DNA of 64,000 bases from Octopus sinensis (GCF_006345805.1 NC_043024.1:10726001-10790000); one strand, 5' to 3'. Numbered from the stretch's first letter, positions 12,352 to 27,573 are shown. The notes: generated by a model from the sequence alone, not told the origin. Made by a program: numbers and translations.

Positions 12352-15300
12352 CACCAGCATCGGTTGTCAAGCAATGCTAGGAGGACAAACACAGACACAC
12401 AAACATACACGCACACACACACATATATATATACACACACACACACACACATATATATATGTGTGTGTGTGCGTGTGTGTGTGTGCATGTATGTTTGTGT
12501 GTCTGTGTTTGTCCTCCTAGCATTGCTTGACAACCGATGCTGGTGTGTTTACATCCCCGTCACTTAGCGGTTCGGCAAAAGAGACCGATAGAATAAGTAC
12601 TGGGCTTACAAAGAATAAGTCTCAGGGTTGATTTGCTCGAGTAAAGGCGTTGCTCCAGCATGGCCGCAGTCAAATGACTGAAACAAGTAAAAGAGTAAAA
12701 GAGTATATATATATATATATATATATGCCATAATATACATCTGGAAGATCCTGGAAGGCCTTGTCCCAGACTTTGGCATCGAGAGTCACACAAATGCCAG
12801 AACCGGACGCCACTGTGTAGTACCAAGGACTCCAAATTTGCCATCAAGATGTAGGACAAGATATTGTGATAGCCTGGGCTTCAGAGGCCCACGGCTCTTC
12901 AATATCCTCCCGAAGAACCTGAGGGACCTGCATGGTGTGGATGCGGATGTCTTTAAAGTAGGACTGGATCTCTTCCTGTCAGGTGTCCCGGATGAACCAA
13001 CTTCACGGCAGGAGGTGCAGATGAGAGCAGCTGCATCGAACTCTCTCATGCACCAGATGGCGTTTGCCAACAAACATCCGTGAGGTAAAACCGTGTAGCA
13101 AACCAAATGGCGGTGCCCCAGCATGGCCACAGCTCATTAGCTGAAACTGGAAAAATCAAAATCATATACACTGAAGGGGAACAATCATCAAAGCAGCATC
13201 AAACAAGAACACCAGCTGCATTTCAGCCTGATTGAGAATTATCAATAGCATTTACTCACAGCCAACCCATGCATGTTTAGAAAAGATTTTTCACCTATAA
13301 TATATAGAAAACACAGGAGAGAATAATCACTGATGCTGCAAATAGCTGTCCAACTGAATAAAAATCAGTTATATGCAATAGGAATAGTCATCATCATCAT
13401 CATCATCATTTAACGTCCGTTTTCCATGCTAGCATGGGTTGGACGGTTCGACCGGGGTCTGGGAAACCAGGAGGCTGCACCAGACTCCAGTCTGATCTGA
13501 CAGTGTTTCTACAGCTGATGCCCTTCCTAACACCAACCACTCCGTGAGTGTAGTGGGTGCTTTTTACATGCCACCGACACAGGTGCCAGACGAGGCTGGC
13601 GAACAGCCACGCTCGGATGGTGCTTTTTACATGCCACCGGTACGGAAGCCAGGCAAGGCTGGCACGGCCACAATCGGATGGTGTTTGTTACGTGCCACCA
13701 GCACGGAGGCCAGTCGATGCGGTGCTGGCTACGGCCACATTCTGAATAGTATTAAATAAAAAAAAAGGCACTTATGTATCATACTTAAAGTATATACACC
13801 ATTGAAAGGTAATTCAGTGTAGTACTTCACCATAGTTGAGCCTGATCAATGGTTTGTGCTTGCAAACAGCTACATGCTTTGATGAGGTTTGTTGCATCTG
13901 ATATGTAGGAAATGGAAAATAAAGCATTCACTGATATTGCAAACAGCTGCATGACTGAATAAAATATATTATATGCAACTGAGGTAACATTATATTTAAA
14001 TAGTTATCTATGTACCATACATAATGCAGCGTGTGATTGTAAACAGCTATGTATGCGTATTTGTTGACATGAATGCATGTGTATGCATATGAGAGCATGT
14101 CTGTGCACACCTATCTGGAGCAAGATTAAGGCGGAAAGGAGCTGGTAGAAACGTTAGCACGTCGGGCGAAATGCTTAGCGGTATTTTGTCTACCACTACG
14201 TTCTGAGTTCAAATTCTGTCGAGGTCGACTTTGCCTTTCATCCTTTCGGAGTCGATTAAATAAGTACCAGTTACACACTGGGGTCGATGTAATCGACTTA
14301 ATCCCTTTGTCTGTCCTTGTTTGTCCCCTCTATGTTTAACCCCTTGTGGGTAGTAAAGAAATAGGTATTTTGTCTGCCGTTACGTTCTGAGTTCAAATTC
14401 TGCTGAGGTCGACTTTGCCTTTCATCCTTTCGGGGTCGATGAATTAAGTACCAGTTACACACTGGGGTCGATATAATCGACTTAATCCATTTGTCTGTCC
14501 TTGTTTGTCCCCTCTGTGCGTAGCCCCTTGTGGGTAGTAAATAAGAAACCTATCTGGAGCAAGATTCGTAATGACGATGATGATGATGCTGGTGGTGGTG
14601 GTGGTAATAGTGACAATGACGATGATGATGGTTGTTGTGGTGATGATGATGACGGCAACAACAACGATGCAGAAGAGGATGATGATAATGTGTGAGTGAG
14701 TGAGTGTACGTGTACAACTGATTCAAGGCCAGTAGATCCATGTTCAATTTCCTCTGTCAGCTGAAGAGGATAAATTGCACCATTAAAGCAAAGAGAAGTA
14801 AGGAAAAGGAAAAGGAGGAGAAGTAGGTGGAGAGGTTGTTGGTGTTGTTGTCGTTGTTGTTGTAGCCACTGTTTCTAATGGTTTCTTCATCCTCTGAGGC
14901 TGTAAACTGGCATTGATGAGAATCTAATTAACGACTAATGAGATAACTGTGAAGAACATTGCTGTGTTTTGGTGGCGGTTGTGGCGGTGGCGGGGTGTCT
15001 GTTTGCAGTTGTAGTAATACAGTTGGAGGATTGTAGTAGCGGTAGTAGTAATAAAAGTGGTGGTGATGAAGGCGGTGGTTTTGCCATCTTTTTGTGGTTA
15101 TAATAGTAGTTACAGGTTTGTGGTGGTGGTGGCAGTGATGGTGGCTGTGGTGGTGGTGGTAGTGGTGGTGGTGGCTGTGGTGGTAGTAGCAACAGCAGTG
15201 GTGGTGGTGGTGGTGGCAGCAGTGGCAGTGGTGGTGGTGGTGGTAGTGGCAGTGGTGGCTGTGGTGGTAGTAGCAACGGCAGTGGTGGTGGGGGTGGCGG

Positions 15301-16531
15301 CAGTGGTGGTGGATGTGGTGGTGGTGGTGGCAGTGGTGGCAGTGATGGTGGTGGTGGTGGTGGTGGTTGTGGTGGTAGTAGTAACAGCAGTGGTGGTGGT
15401 TGCGGTGGCGACAGTGGTGGTGGAGGTGGTGGCTGTGGTGGTAGTGGTGGTACTCTCATACACACACACACACATGCATTTATGTATACATATATGCATA
15501 CATAGCTGCTCACAATCACACACACACACACTCTGCATTAGAGAGCTGATGAAATGCACTCAGTACTTGTTGTAACATGGTCGGATGATAAAAATGACAC
15601 CCATCTGTAGAACCAATACCAGAGTTGAAAAGTACAGCGGGAATTGGTCACCTGACTGTATAGGTGAGCAATGACACTAAATAAGAATTGACTTTTGACC
15701 ATAATGACCCCTCTCACTCATGCCAGCATGAAAAAATAGATGTAAGATGACAGTCACGATTACATATAATATATATATGTATATATATATATGTGTATAT
15801 ATATCTTTTATCTTTTACTTGTTTCAGTCATTTGACTGCGGCCATGCTGGAGCACTGCCTTTAGTCGAGCAAATCGCCCCCGGGACTCATTCTTTGTAAG
15901 CCCAGTACTTATTCTATCGGTCTCTTTTGCCAAACTGCTAAGAGACGGGGACGTAAACACACCAGCATCAGTTGTCAAGCAATGCTAGGGGGACAAACAC
16001 AGACACACAAACATATACACATACATATATATATATATGCATATATACGACAGGCTTCTTTTAGTTTTCGTCTACCAAATCCACTCACAAGGCATTGGTC
16101 AGCCCGGGGCTATAGCAGAAGACACTTGCCCAAGATGCCACGCAGTGGGACTGAACCCGGGACCATGTGGTTGGTTAGCAAGCTACTTACCACACAGCCA
16201 CTCCTGCGCCTATATATAGGTTCAGCAAAAATTTAGATTCAAATGAATATGGTACTTTAGATGCACCAGAATTTTGTATGGTGTTATCCATAAAAAATCC
16301 GCAGGGTGACTATAATCAAAATAAGCAACAAGAATGACTCCAGTAATTTGGTACGATCGTTTCGTACTACATCATTTTATTAAATATTGTAAGTATTACA
16401 ACAGTTTTAAAATGCTGAGCACTCATCAGCCAATTATATGATGTAGTATGAAACGATTGTACCAAATTACCGGAGTCATTCTTGTTGCGTATTTTGATTA
16501 CATATATATATATATATATATATATATACTC

Positions 16532-16562
<31 letters not shown>

Positions 16563-17552
16563 GTGATGATGGTGATATACAAATATGTATATGTGTGTCT
16601 GTGTGAATACACACACACACACACACATATGAAGGGATGCTGATAAGTTCCTGGTTTTAAGGATGTCATGATAGGCCTGGTTGGAGGTCCAAACTTCCGA
16701 GTTCTTTTACAGGGCTTAGAAAAACTGAAGGACCGCTGCAAATAAGTGTGTAAATCTGAGAGGGGGAATATCTTGAATAAAATTATAACTAACCAGAAAG
16801 AAGAAAGCTAATTTGAAGACTAGAGATCCAATCCATCACTGGAACTGTAAAAATGTGTAAAACATTCCAGAAGTTTATCATATATATATATGAGCATGTC
16901 TAGATATGTAACTTTTACCCAAAGCCAGGAACTTTTCAGCACCCCTCATATGTATATGTGTGTGAACTTAAGGCTAGTGAAAATATGTGAGCTAAAAGAT
17001 ATTTCAACTTCTAAAGGAAATTCGCCATGGAGAAAAAATTTGTTTTTATGAGAAAAAAAGTGGTAAAAAACACCATATCTGGTAAGTGCAGTGACTTTAC
17101 CATTAGAAGTTCTAATATGTCACAGACGTATTTTAACTCACTTAAAATTTGCTAATGTCTTAACACTGCTTGGTGTTAACATTACTGCAATATGTGTATA
17201 TATATATATATAAATTAGAGAAAAAAACAACCACCTTTACAAGATTATTTACGTATATTTATTAATTTATCTAATTAATTATTTTGTTTTTATCCTTAAC
17301 CTGAAGAGTGGGTATATTTATATTGAAGTGATTTTACTATTATTATTACTATTAAAATTTCTTAAATATAGCCACGAAACACGTGTTGTTATTCTACCAA
17401 ATATATAGGTTATATTTATTATTTTGCACATTACTTAATCATTGTTATATGTTTAATCTTATATTTAATCTTTCTATAATATGTAATTTTTCTAAATGGT
17501 ATAATTTAATTTTTCATTATTGAATTGACAAAAGGTGGATTTTTTCTAATTT

Positions 17553-17596
<44 letters not shown>

Positions 17597-18043
17597 TATA
17601 TATATGTATATATATAGATATATTATGTGTGTGGTGTGTGTCGTGTTGGTCTGTGGGTGGTATGTGTGTATATATATATATATATAATATATATATATAT
17701 ATAATATTATAGTGGGGTTTGTTGGTGTATGGGGTTACTGGGTTTCTCTGGTGTGGGGTTGTTGCTTTACATAAGGGTTTAGCTTTACTGCGTATCTCCA
17801 GACCCCTAACACTACTGGCCTGAGACCTCTTTAAAATAAGCCTTGTTTTTAAGGGTAAAACCCTAGGTGATTATCTCCCTTTACCATTGTCCATCGATCT
17901 TCGGACGCACTGCCATCTTGCGGTCGCCAGGGTAACCCCATAAACCAGCCTACCCCACTATGATATTAACTGCTCTACATCTCAGAGTGTGCTTCTCCTC
18001 CAGATTTATCTATTTCTACAAACGATCCTATATATATATATAT

Positions 18044-18090
<47 letters not shown>

Positions 18091-19225
18091 ATATAGATAT
18101 ATGTGTATGTGTGTACTTCAAAATCGATCAACATCAATGGAAATTGTAGCTGTGATACCAGTGCTGATGGCACGTAAGAGAACCATCCAAACGTGGCCAT
18201 TGCCAGCGCAGCCCCGACTGGCCTCCATGCCGGTGGCATGTAAAATGCACCATCCGATTGTGGCCGTTGCCAGCCTCGTCTAGCCCCCGTGCCGGTAGCA
18301 CATAAAAAGCACCATCCAATCGTGGCCATTTGCCAGCTTCGTCTGGCACCTGTGCCGGTGGCATGTAAAAAGCACCCACTACACTCATGGAGTGGTTGGC
18401 GATAGGAAGGGCATCCAGCCGTAGAAACATTGCCAGATCAGACTGGGCCTGGCGCAGCCCTGGCTTCCCAGACCCCAGTTGAACCGTCCAACCCATGCCA
18501 GCATGGAAAGCGGACGCTAAACGATGATGATGATGATGATGATGATGTATGTGTGTGTTCAGACATACATCTCTATATATATAAACTGCAAAATGTCTGT
18601 CTGTGTGTGTGTCCTTTATACAAATCTACAATTTTTCAGTTAGAGGGCTCGCACTTTCTATGGTCATTCAAAACCGGCCAATGGTGTCGTGCACATCTTT
18701 ACATTTCCCCGTCACCCCCAAAGCCATTAAAAAATCATAAAGTGACCTTTTTTGTGAATTTTCTATCCAAAATCCCAATCAAAATACCCGAAACTTAATA
18801 CAACCATTGAATCCAGCTATCTGTATGTGATTGGTCGGGGATTTGGGACAGTACTGCGTGTATGTGCGCATGCACGCAGCTGTATATGCATGCACTAGCA
18901 CTATGACCCAGCGTTGCCAGGTCATTGTGCTAGTATATGTTTAAATGTATGCATGTTTGTAGATGTATTCTTTTATTTTCTTTTTATTTTGCTCACTTCA
19001 GTCATTTGACTGTAGCCATGCTGGAGAACAGCCTTTAGTCGAACAAATCGACCCCAAAACATATTGTTTGTAAGCTTAGTACTTATTCTACCAGTCTCTT
19101 TTCCCAAACTACTAAGTTATGGAGACATAAACACAATAACATCAGTTGTCAAGCAATGGTGGTGGGGGACAAACACAGACACACAATTACATATATACCA
19201 CACACACACACACACACAACACACA

Positions 19226-19263
<38 letters not shown>

Positions 19264-19290
19264 AATATATATATATACCTATATAGATAT

Positions 19291-19330
<40 letters not shown>

Positions 19331-19831
19331 TAACGACGGCTTCTTCAGTTTCCGTCTACCAAATCCACTCACAAGGCTTTGGTCAGCCCAAGGTTATAGT
19401 AGCAGAAACTTGCCCAAGGTGCCATGCAGTGGGACTGAACTCAGAGCCATGTGGCTGGTGAGCAAGCTACTTACCACACAGCCGCACCTGCAAGAATATT
19501 TTTAATGAATTTATATCAAACACAACCAACCATGCTACCCCTCAACCATCAAATCACTTCTATCAGCTGTATTTGACCAATTTAATCTCAGAAATTGAAT
19601 AACTTTTCAAGTGGTCATTTACTTGACCTCCAAGTGGACATCTGCAGCAATATGTATGAGGACAAACTAACACAGATTCCTGCCGTTACTTCATAGACCT
19701 TTAACGGTACTCCCGCCCCCTCCCTACAAGGGCTGCTGACCATTTTTGCTTTTTTCAAGCCAAGAAAACACTTGACCTTATTTCTTAATTCTCTATTTTT
19801 AAGTGTCCAGATTAAGTAGAGATGTTCATTA

Positions 19832-19868
<37 letters not shown>

Positions 19869-20066
19869 CATTTCATTTTTCATTTTATCTAATTTCAGCT
19901 CACGAGCTGTGGCCATGCTGGGGCACCGCCATATATATATACATATGTATATATATAAATATATATACATACATATATATATATGTCCTGTATGTATATG
20001 TATATATATGTGTGTGTGTGTATGCATATATATATGTATGTATATATATAGATATGTATGTGTATA

Positions 20067-20118
<52 letters not shown>

Positions 20119-20127
20119 ATATGTATA

Positions 20128-20165
<38 letters not shown>

Positions 20166-20387
20166 CATATGTATGTATTGTGTGTGTATTTATATACATA
20201 CATACATATGTATGTATATATATATATATATGCATTACATATGTGTATGTGTATGTATGTATGTACGTATGTGTGTATGTGTGTGAGCGTGTTTAGAAAA
20301 ATAGATAGATACACACACACACATGTGCGTGCACACATACACAAACACACATATGTATACACACACATATATATATATATACATGTG

Positions 20388-20419
<32 letters not shown>

Positions 20420-21399
20420 TGTATATAATGCCAGACCCCCCACCGGCACCTGTGCAGGTGGCACGTAAAAAGCACCCACTACACTCGCAGAGTGGTTGGC
20501 GTTAGGAAGGGCATCCAGCCGTAGAAACCCTGCCAGATCAGACTGGAGCCAGGTGCTGCCCCTGGCTTCCCAGACCCCGGTCGAACCGTCCAACCCATGC
20601 CAGCTTGGAAAGCGGATGCTAAACGATGATGATGATGATGATGATATATATATATATATATAAATTAGAGAAGAACCACCATGAAGCAATTCAATAATGA
20701 TATACTTAAATTATACCATATAGAAAAAAATTAAAGACACGATAAAACATTTACCTAAAACTAAATAAATACTAAATAATAAATTGTATATAATTAGTAA
20801 ATAGACTACATGTGTTTGGCAATGTTATTCCTCCATTCATCTTCACACAGCCTCAGACTCAACATGGAGGCCTACATCAAGTACCTAGAGGGGGTAGTGC
20901 TGCCCTGGGTCAAGAAGGTGGCTGCTGGAGGACCCTATGTCTGGCAATAGGACTCTGTCACACAAGCAGGTGAACCCAGTCATGGCTGTCCGATAATTTC
21001 TGCAACCACATCACCCATAACATCTGGTCACCTAACTCACAAGACTGCAACCTCCTTGATTATTATGTGGGCGGCACAGTTGAGCGAGAGACCAACAAAA
21101 CTCCTTGTAATATGAAAGATGAACTGAAGGCAAGGATTATGGCAGCATTCACCAACTTAAACAAGGAGACTATCCAGAAGAGTTGCAGGAGATTCTGAAG
21201 TCATCTGGAGGCTGTGGTTGAAGCCAATGGCGATTTTATTGAATAAATTTACTCTTTAGTATTTCAAGATGTTTTTATGTAATTTTGGTAAATATATCTC
21301 TTAAAGTGAGATGTCAGTGTCATTTTCATTTTTGCGTAATTTAGATGACAATTTATTCACCACATCCTGTATACACACACATACACCACACACACACCA

Positions 21400-21438
<39 letters not shown>

Positions 21439-23495
21439 ACACAAACACATAGACTAAAAACTTCTTGAGAAAATACGAAATTGCAACTATTACAATGTCA
21501 TGATAACGAAACACGAAACCGGTCGACTATCACAATACTCCACCATTTAGAATATATTAGAACTATATAAACGGTGTACATTTTCCTTCTTTTATTCTAT
21601 ATTTTTGCATTATGACTCACCACGTGGGAATAACTGCTTCATCAAAATTCTTCTTTTTCACTATGTATGTATGAGTATGTGTACATATATGTGTGTTTGT
21701 ATTTATGCTCATACATGTGTAATACAAATAACAGGCGCAGGAGTGGCTGTGTGGTAAGTAGCTTGCTTACCAACCACATGGTTCCGGGTTCAGTCCCACT
21801 GCGTGGCATCTTGGGCAAGTGTCTTCTGCTATAGCCCCGGGCCGACCAATGCCTTGTGAGTGGATTTGGTAGACGGAAACTGAAAGAAGCCTGTCGTATA
21901 TATGTATATATATATAAGTGTGTATATGCATGTGTGTGTCTGTGTTTGTCCCCCTAGTATTGCTTGACAACCGATGCTGGTGTGTTTACGTCCCCGTCAC
22001 TTATCGGCAAAAGAGACCGATAGAATAAGTACTGGGCTCACAAAGAATAAGTCCCGGGGTCAATTTGCTCAACTAAAGGCGGTGCTCCAGCATGGCCGCA
22101 GTCAAATGACTGAAACAAGTAAAAGAGTAAAAGAGTAACATTCTTAATTTATTTCAACATTAATATCTCTTCATTCTCTTTTTTCCACCCACCTCTCTCT
22201 CTCCTTGTCCTCCAACAGTTCAGTATGGAAAACACTGATCTTCTCTCATGTCTAAAGAACCTCACCAATGACCAATTCAACAATTCCATCATGAAGGACC
22301 TCAACATCACATTGTCCAATGAAGAGAACCTCTGTACAAACTTCTTATCCACATCACATTTTCCTGAAGTAAGTCTTATTATTATTATTATTATTATTAT
22401 TAATATCACTTACAGTATAGCGCAGCGTTGCTCAGTTTTGTTTTCTTTTCGACCCTTTAGAATTGGAATTTTTGAAAAGTAAAAATTTTGCATTATGTAG
22501 CTTGTTATTCTCTTTAAGTGAACATTTTTCTGGTTGAAATACACCAAAAAATGGCGACACAGCAGTCAAAAAATCGTAAAAAATAGGGATTTTCATAGAA
22601 AAAAGCACCTTTTTGATGTAAATAATTTTTGGTGTTAACATGGTCCAATTTGAATATTTTCTTCTACGGAAGGAAGAGAAATCCTTCTTCTATCACACTC
22701 CCAATTTTGGTCAACTTGTGCCGCAGGGTCTCGGAGGAGATAGTGTTAGTTGAAGGCTACCAAACCTGCCACACACAGACAACTTCAACTTTATATATAT
22801 AGACTAGCAGTATCGCCCGGCGCTGCTCAGGTTTGTTTTGACCTTTTAGAATTGGAAATTGTGAAAAGTAAAAATTTTGCATTATGTAGCTTGTTATTCT
22901 CTTTAAGTGAACATTTTTCTGGTTGAAATACACCAAAAAATGGCAACACAGCAGTCAAAAAATCGTAAAAAATAGGGATTTTCATAGAAAAAAAAGCACC
23001 TTTTTGATGTAAATAATTTTTGGTGGTGTTACATGGTCCGATTTGAATTTATCTTCTACGGAATGAAGAGCAAGCCTTCTTCTATCATACTCTTAATTTT
23101 GGTAACTTGCGCCGCAGGGTCTCGGAGGAGATAGTGTTAGTTGAAGGCTACCAAACCGCCACACACAGACGGACAACTTCAGCTTTATATATAAAGATTA
23201 TTATTAAGAATGTGGCAAAATAGCAGAATCGTTAGCGAAATGCTTAGCGGCATTTCATCCATCTTAACATCTTAAGTTCAAATTTTGTCAAGGACGACTT
23301 TGCCTTTCATCCTTTCGGGGGTCAATAAAATAAATACCAGTTGAATACTGGGGTTGATGTAATCGACTTACTCCCTCTCCTGAATTGCTGGACTTGTACA
23401 AAATTTAAAACCAATATATGTGTGTATAGCTAGCTTAATATCTGCATTAATTAAAGATTGTTATAGAATAATATATATATATATATATATAATAT

Positions 23496-23528
<33 letters not shown>

Positions 23529-23583
23529 GTATATATATATATATTATATATATATATGTATATAGTTAATATATTATTATATG

Positions 23584-23616
<33 letters not shown>

Positions 23617-23657
23617 GATGTATAGATATATATATATATATATATGTATATGTATAT

Positions 23658-23741
<84 letters not shown>

Positions 23742-24301
23742 GTATATATATATATGTATATATATATATTGTATATATATAATGTGTATATATATATATA
23801 TGTATATATATATATGTGTATATTATATATGTATATATATATGTATATATATATATATTGATTATATATATATTGTATATATATATATGTATATATATAT
23901 ATGTGTATATATATATATGTATTATATATATATGTATATATATATATATGTATATATATGTATATATATATATGTATATATATAATATGATATATGTATA
24001 TATATATATGTATATGTATTATATATATATATATATGTATGTATATATATACATATATATATGTATGTATGTATATAAATACACACATGTATAGGTAATT
24101 TATTGCTTATTGTAATACATAATAAAATAAATTATTTATACATGTTTATTAAGCTGCGAAACAATTGTCGTTAAGTAGGAATTCCCAATGGTACAATAAA
24201 TTTTATCATAGCATACCTCTCTCATTATTTATAATTATACATACATACACACATACATACATACCAACATACATACATACATACATACACACACACAACA
24301 C

Positions 24302-24335
<34 letters not shown>

Positions 24336-24585
24336 CATATATTTCTATATGAGTAGAATTTAGGTTAGTTGAAATGTGTTTGTTACATATTACAACTGCT
24401 CTCTTATGGCAAAAAGGTGTTTTCTCACCTTTTTGCCAGAAGAGAGATATTTTTCTCCGTGGTAACTGCAGTGTAGTTGTCTTTTAGCAGGTGAAATGTC
24501 ACAAACATATTTCAAATAACCTAAATTCTGCTCATACCTAAACACTGCTTTGCGCATTTACTCCGATATATATATATGTGTGTGT

Positions 24586-24628
<43 letters not shown>

Positions 24629-26961
24629 ATATTAATTGGTTGAAGGAGAGGTTTTCTTCTAGCTGCTCGTCCATAATACCCAAGCTTATGCAGATATGTA
24701 ATACACGTTCATGGACTAACTTCTAGCTGTTTTGCAATGTCAGAAGCCTTCAAACGGGGTTCGTTTTCAACAATTCTCTTCAAACAGTGAAGCTTCCTTT
24801 CCAAGGGCCCAGGTCGGCCGGGACAAGAATCTGTTGACACTTTTCCTTGGTTTTTGAATTTCACTATAATTCTATTAACAGTAGCAAGAGGAATTTTAAG
24901 ATTTTTGGTAATTTTTCGCTGGCTAAGACCAACCTCAGATTGCCCAACAATACGACTTCTTTGAAAATCTGACAGTTGTGCTGAATTTTTTGTGCGTGGC
25001 ATGGTTACTCTTCACAAATGTTTAATAAAATGGCATCTGGAATGAAAAAGAATAATTGCATTGTAAATTCCACGCCACTGAAAACATATTAAGGCGCTTA
25101 GATCAGAAATTTTGAAAATTAAAGGTGTCTATTTACTTCCTGCTTGTCTGTGTATATAAATATATATATACATATATATCTATAAAATAATGTTACATTA
25201 CTCAATAGTCAAGATAAAACTCTGAGTTTCAGATGCCGAAGTCAGAAAAAAAGCACACTCTAAGAGAAAGAGCGAGAGAGAGAAAGAGAGAGAGTGAGAA
25301 AATTTGACCAGTTCTACTGCTCATCTATATGTATACTCTTTTACTCTTTTACTTGTTTCAGTCACTTGACTGCGGCCATGCTGGAGCACCGCCTTTTTTT
25401 TAATCGAGCAACTCGACCCCTGGACTTATTCTTTTGGAAGCCCAGTACTTATTCTATCGGTCTCTTTTGCCGAACCGCTAAGTGACGGGGACATAAACAC
25501 ACCAGCATCGGTTGTCAAGCAATGCTAGGAGGACAAACACAGACACACAAACATACACACACACACATATACATATGTATATATATACATATATACGACA
25601 GGCTTCTTTCAGTTTCCGTCTAGCAAATCCACTGACAAGGCTTTGGTTGGCCCGAGGCTATAGTAGAAGACACTCGGCCAAGGTGCCATGCAGTGGGACT
25701 GAACCCGGAACCATGTGGTTGGTAAACAAGCTACTTACCACACAGCCATTCCTGCACTTGTATATATATATATGTATGTATGTTTTTATATTTCTCTGTG
25801 GGTTCCATCTGATTTCTTTCTCTCTTTCTTCCTTCTCCGCCGTTTGTGTCCTTCCAGTATTTTACCTTCTGTGTGTTCCTGGCCATGATCAGCACTGGGG
25901 TGTTCCTTCAGAGCGGATCCCTCTTCAAGTTGTTCCTCACCGTTGTCATGGCAACCATCTACATCACCCTCGTCTTCACCACTCAGGCGAATCTCTTTGA
26001 TAACAAGGACCTCCTCCTCAAGCTCAACGTCGGGTAAGTTGCTATTCCTCTCTCTCTTTCTATCTCTCTCTTTCTCTCTCTCCTCGTCACTCTCTATCTC
26101 TCTACTCTCTCTCTATCTCTCCCCCTCTATCTATGTCTGTCTCTTTTTCTCACCCACTCACTTCCTTCTCCCCCTCTCTCTCTCACTAATTATCTATCTA
26201 TCTATCTCTTTACTTCTCTACTCTCTCTCTCTCTCTCTCTCTATCTCTCACTCTATCTCTCCCCCTCTATCTAAGTCTGTCTCTTTCCTTCCCTCTCTCT
26301 CTCACTCTCTCGCATCCTTCTTCCCTCTTTCTCTCTATCTCTCTCTAATTATCTATCTATCTATCTCTTTACTTCTCTACTCCCTCTCTATCTCTCACTC
26401 CATCTAAATCTGTCTCTTTCCTTCCATCTTTGTCACTTATTCACTTCCTCCCTCCCTCTCTCTCTCTCTCTCTCTCTTTCTCTCTAACTAACTATCTATC
26501 TATCTCTTTACTTCTCTACTCCCCCTCTGTCTAAGTCTGTATCTTTCCTTCCCTCTCTCTCTTACCCTCTCACTTCCTTCTTCCCTCTCCTCTCTCCCTC
26601 TCTCTCTCTCTCATCCACATTGCTTCTCTCTTTCTCTCTCTCTTTCATACTTGACCAGTCATTCAAAACAATAAGTACCGGTCAAGTACCAACCAGGCTC
26701 AATCTGACCGATTCCATTCCTCACCTTATGGCCTTCTGCCCAACTCAAGAAATATCATTACAACCAATTTTAAGGTGGTGAGACAGCAGACTTGTTTGCA
26801 CATCGTAATGTTCTGAGTTCAAATCCCACCAAGGTCAACTTTGCCTTTCATCCTTTCAGGGTCCATAAAATAAATACCAGTCATGTACTAGAGACAATAT
26901 AATTGACTTAACCCTCTCCTGAAATTACTGGCCTTGTGCCAAAATTTGAAATTATTACTAT

Positions 26962-27005
<44 letters not shown>

Positions 27006-27205
27006 GTTATTATTATTATTATTATTGTTATTATTATTATTATTATTATTATCATTATTATTATTATTATCATCATCATCATCATCATCATTATTATTAT
27101 TATTATTAATAATTATTATTATCATTATTATTATTATTAATAATTATCATTATTATTATTATTATCATTATTATTATTATTATCATTATATTATTATTAT
27201 TATTA

Positions 27206-27246
<41 letters not shown>

Positions 27247-27250
27247 ATTA

Positions 27251-27302
<52 letters not shown>

Positions 27303-27384
27303 CATCATCATCATCATCATTATTATTATTATTATTATTAATAATTATTATTATCATTATTATTATTATTAATAATTATTATTA

Positions 27385-27415
<31 letters not shown>

Positions 27416-27510
27416 CATTATTATTATTTATTATTATTATTATTATTATTAATTATCATTATTATTATCATTATTATTATTATTATTGATTATTATTATT
27501 ATTATTAATT

Positions 27511-27545
<35 letters not shown>

Positions 27546-27573
27546 TACTATTATTATCATTATCATTATTATT

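Noticed and set aside
13328-13985. Old ~55-bp direct similarity between about 13330-13382 and 13928-13985
   Set aside because: Short and diverged with no associated structure; no functional inference possible.
15543-15600. CTGATGA at about 15545 (also CTGAAGA at about 14761, 34924 and 48293, and TCATCAG at about 39279)
   Set aside because: No downstream stem II/GAAAC/GUH arrangement; chance core matches.
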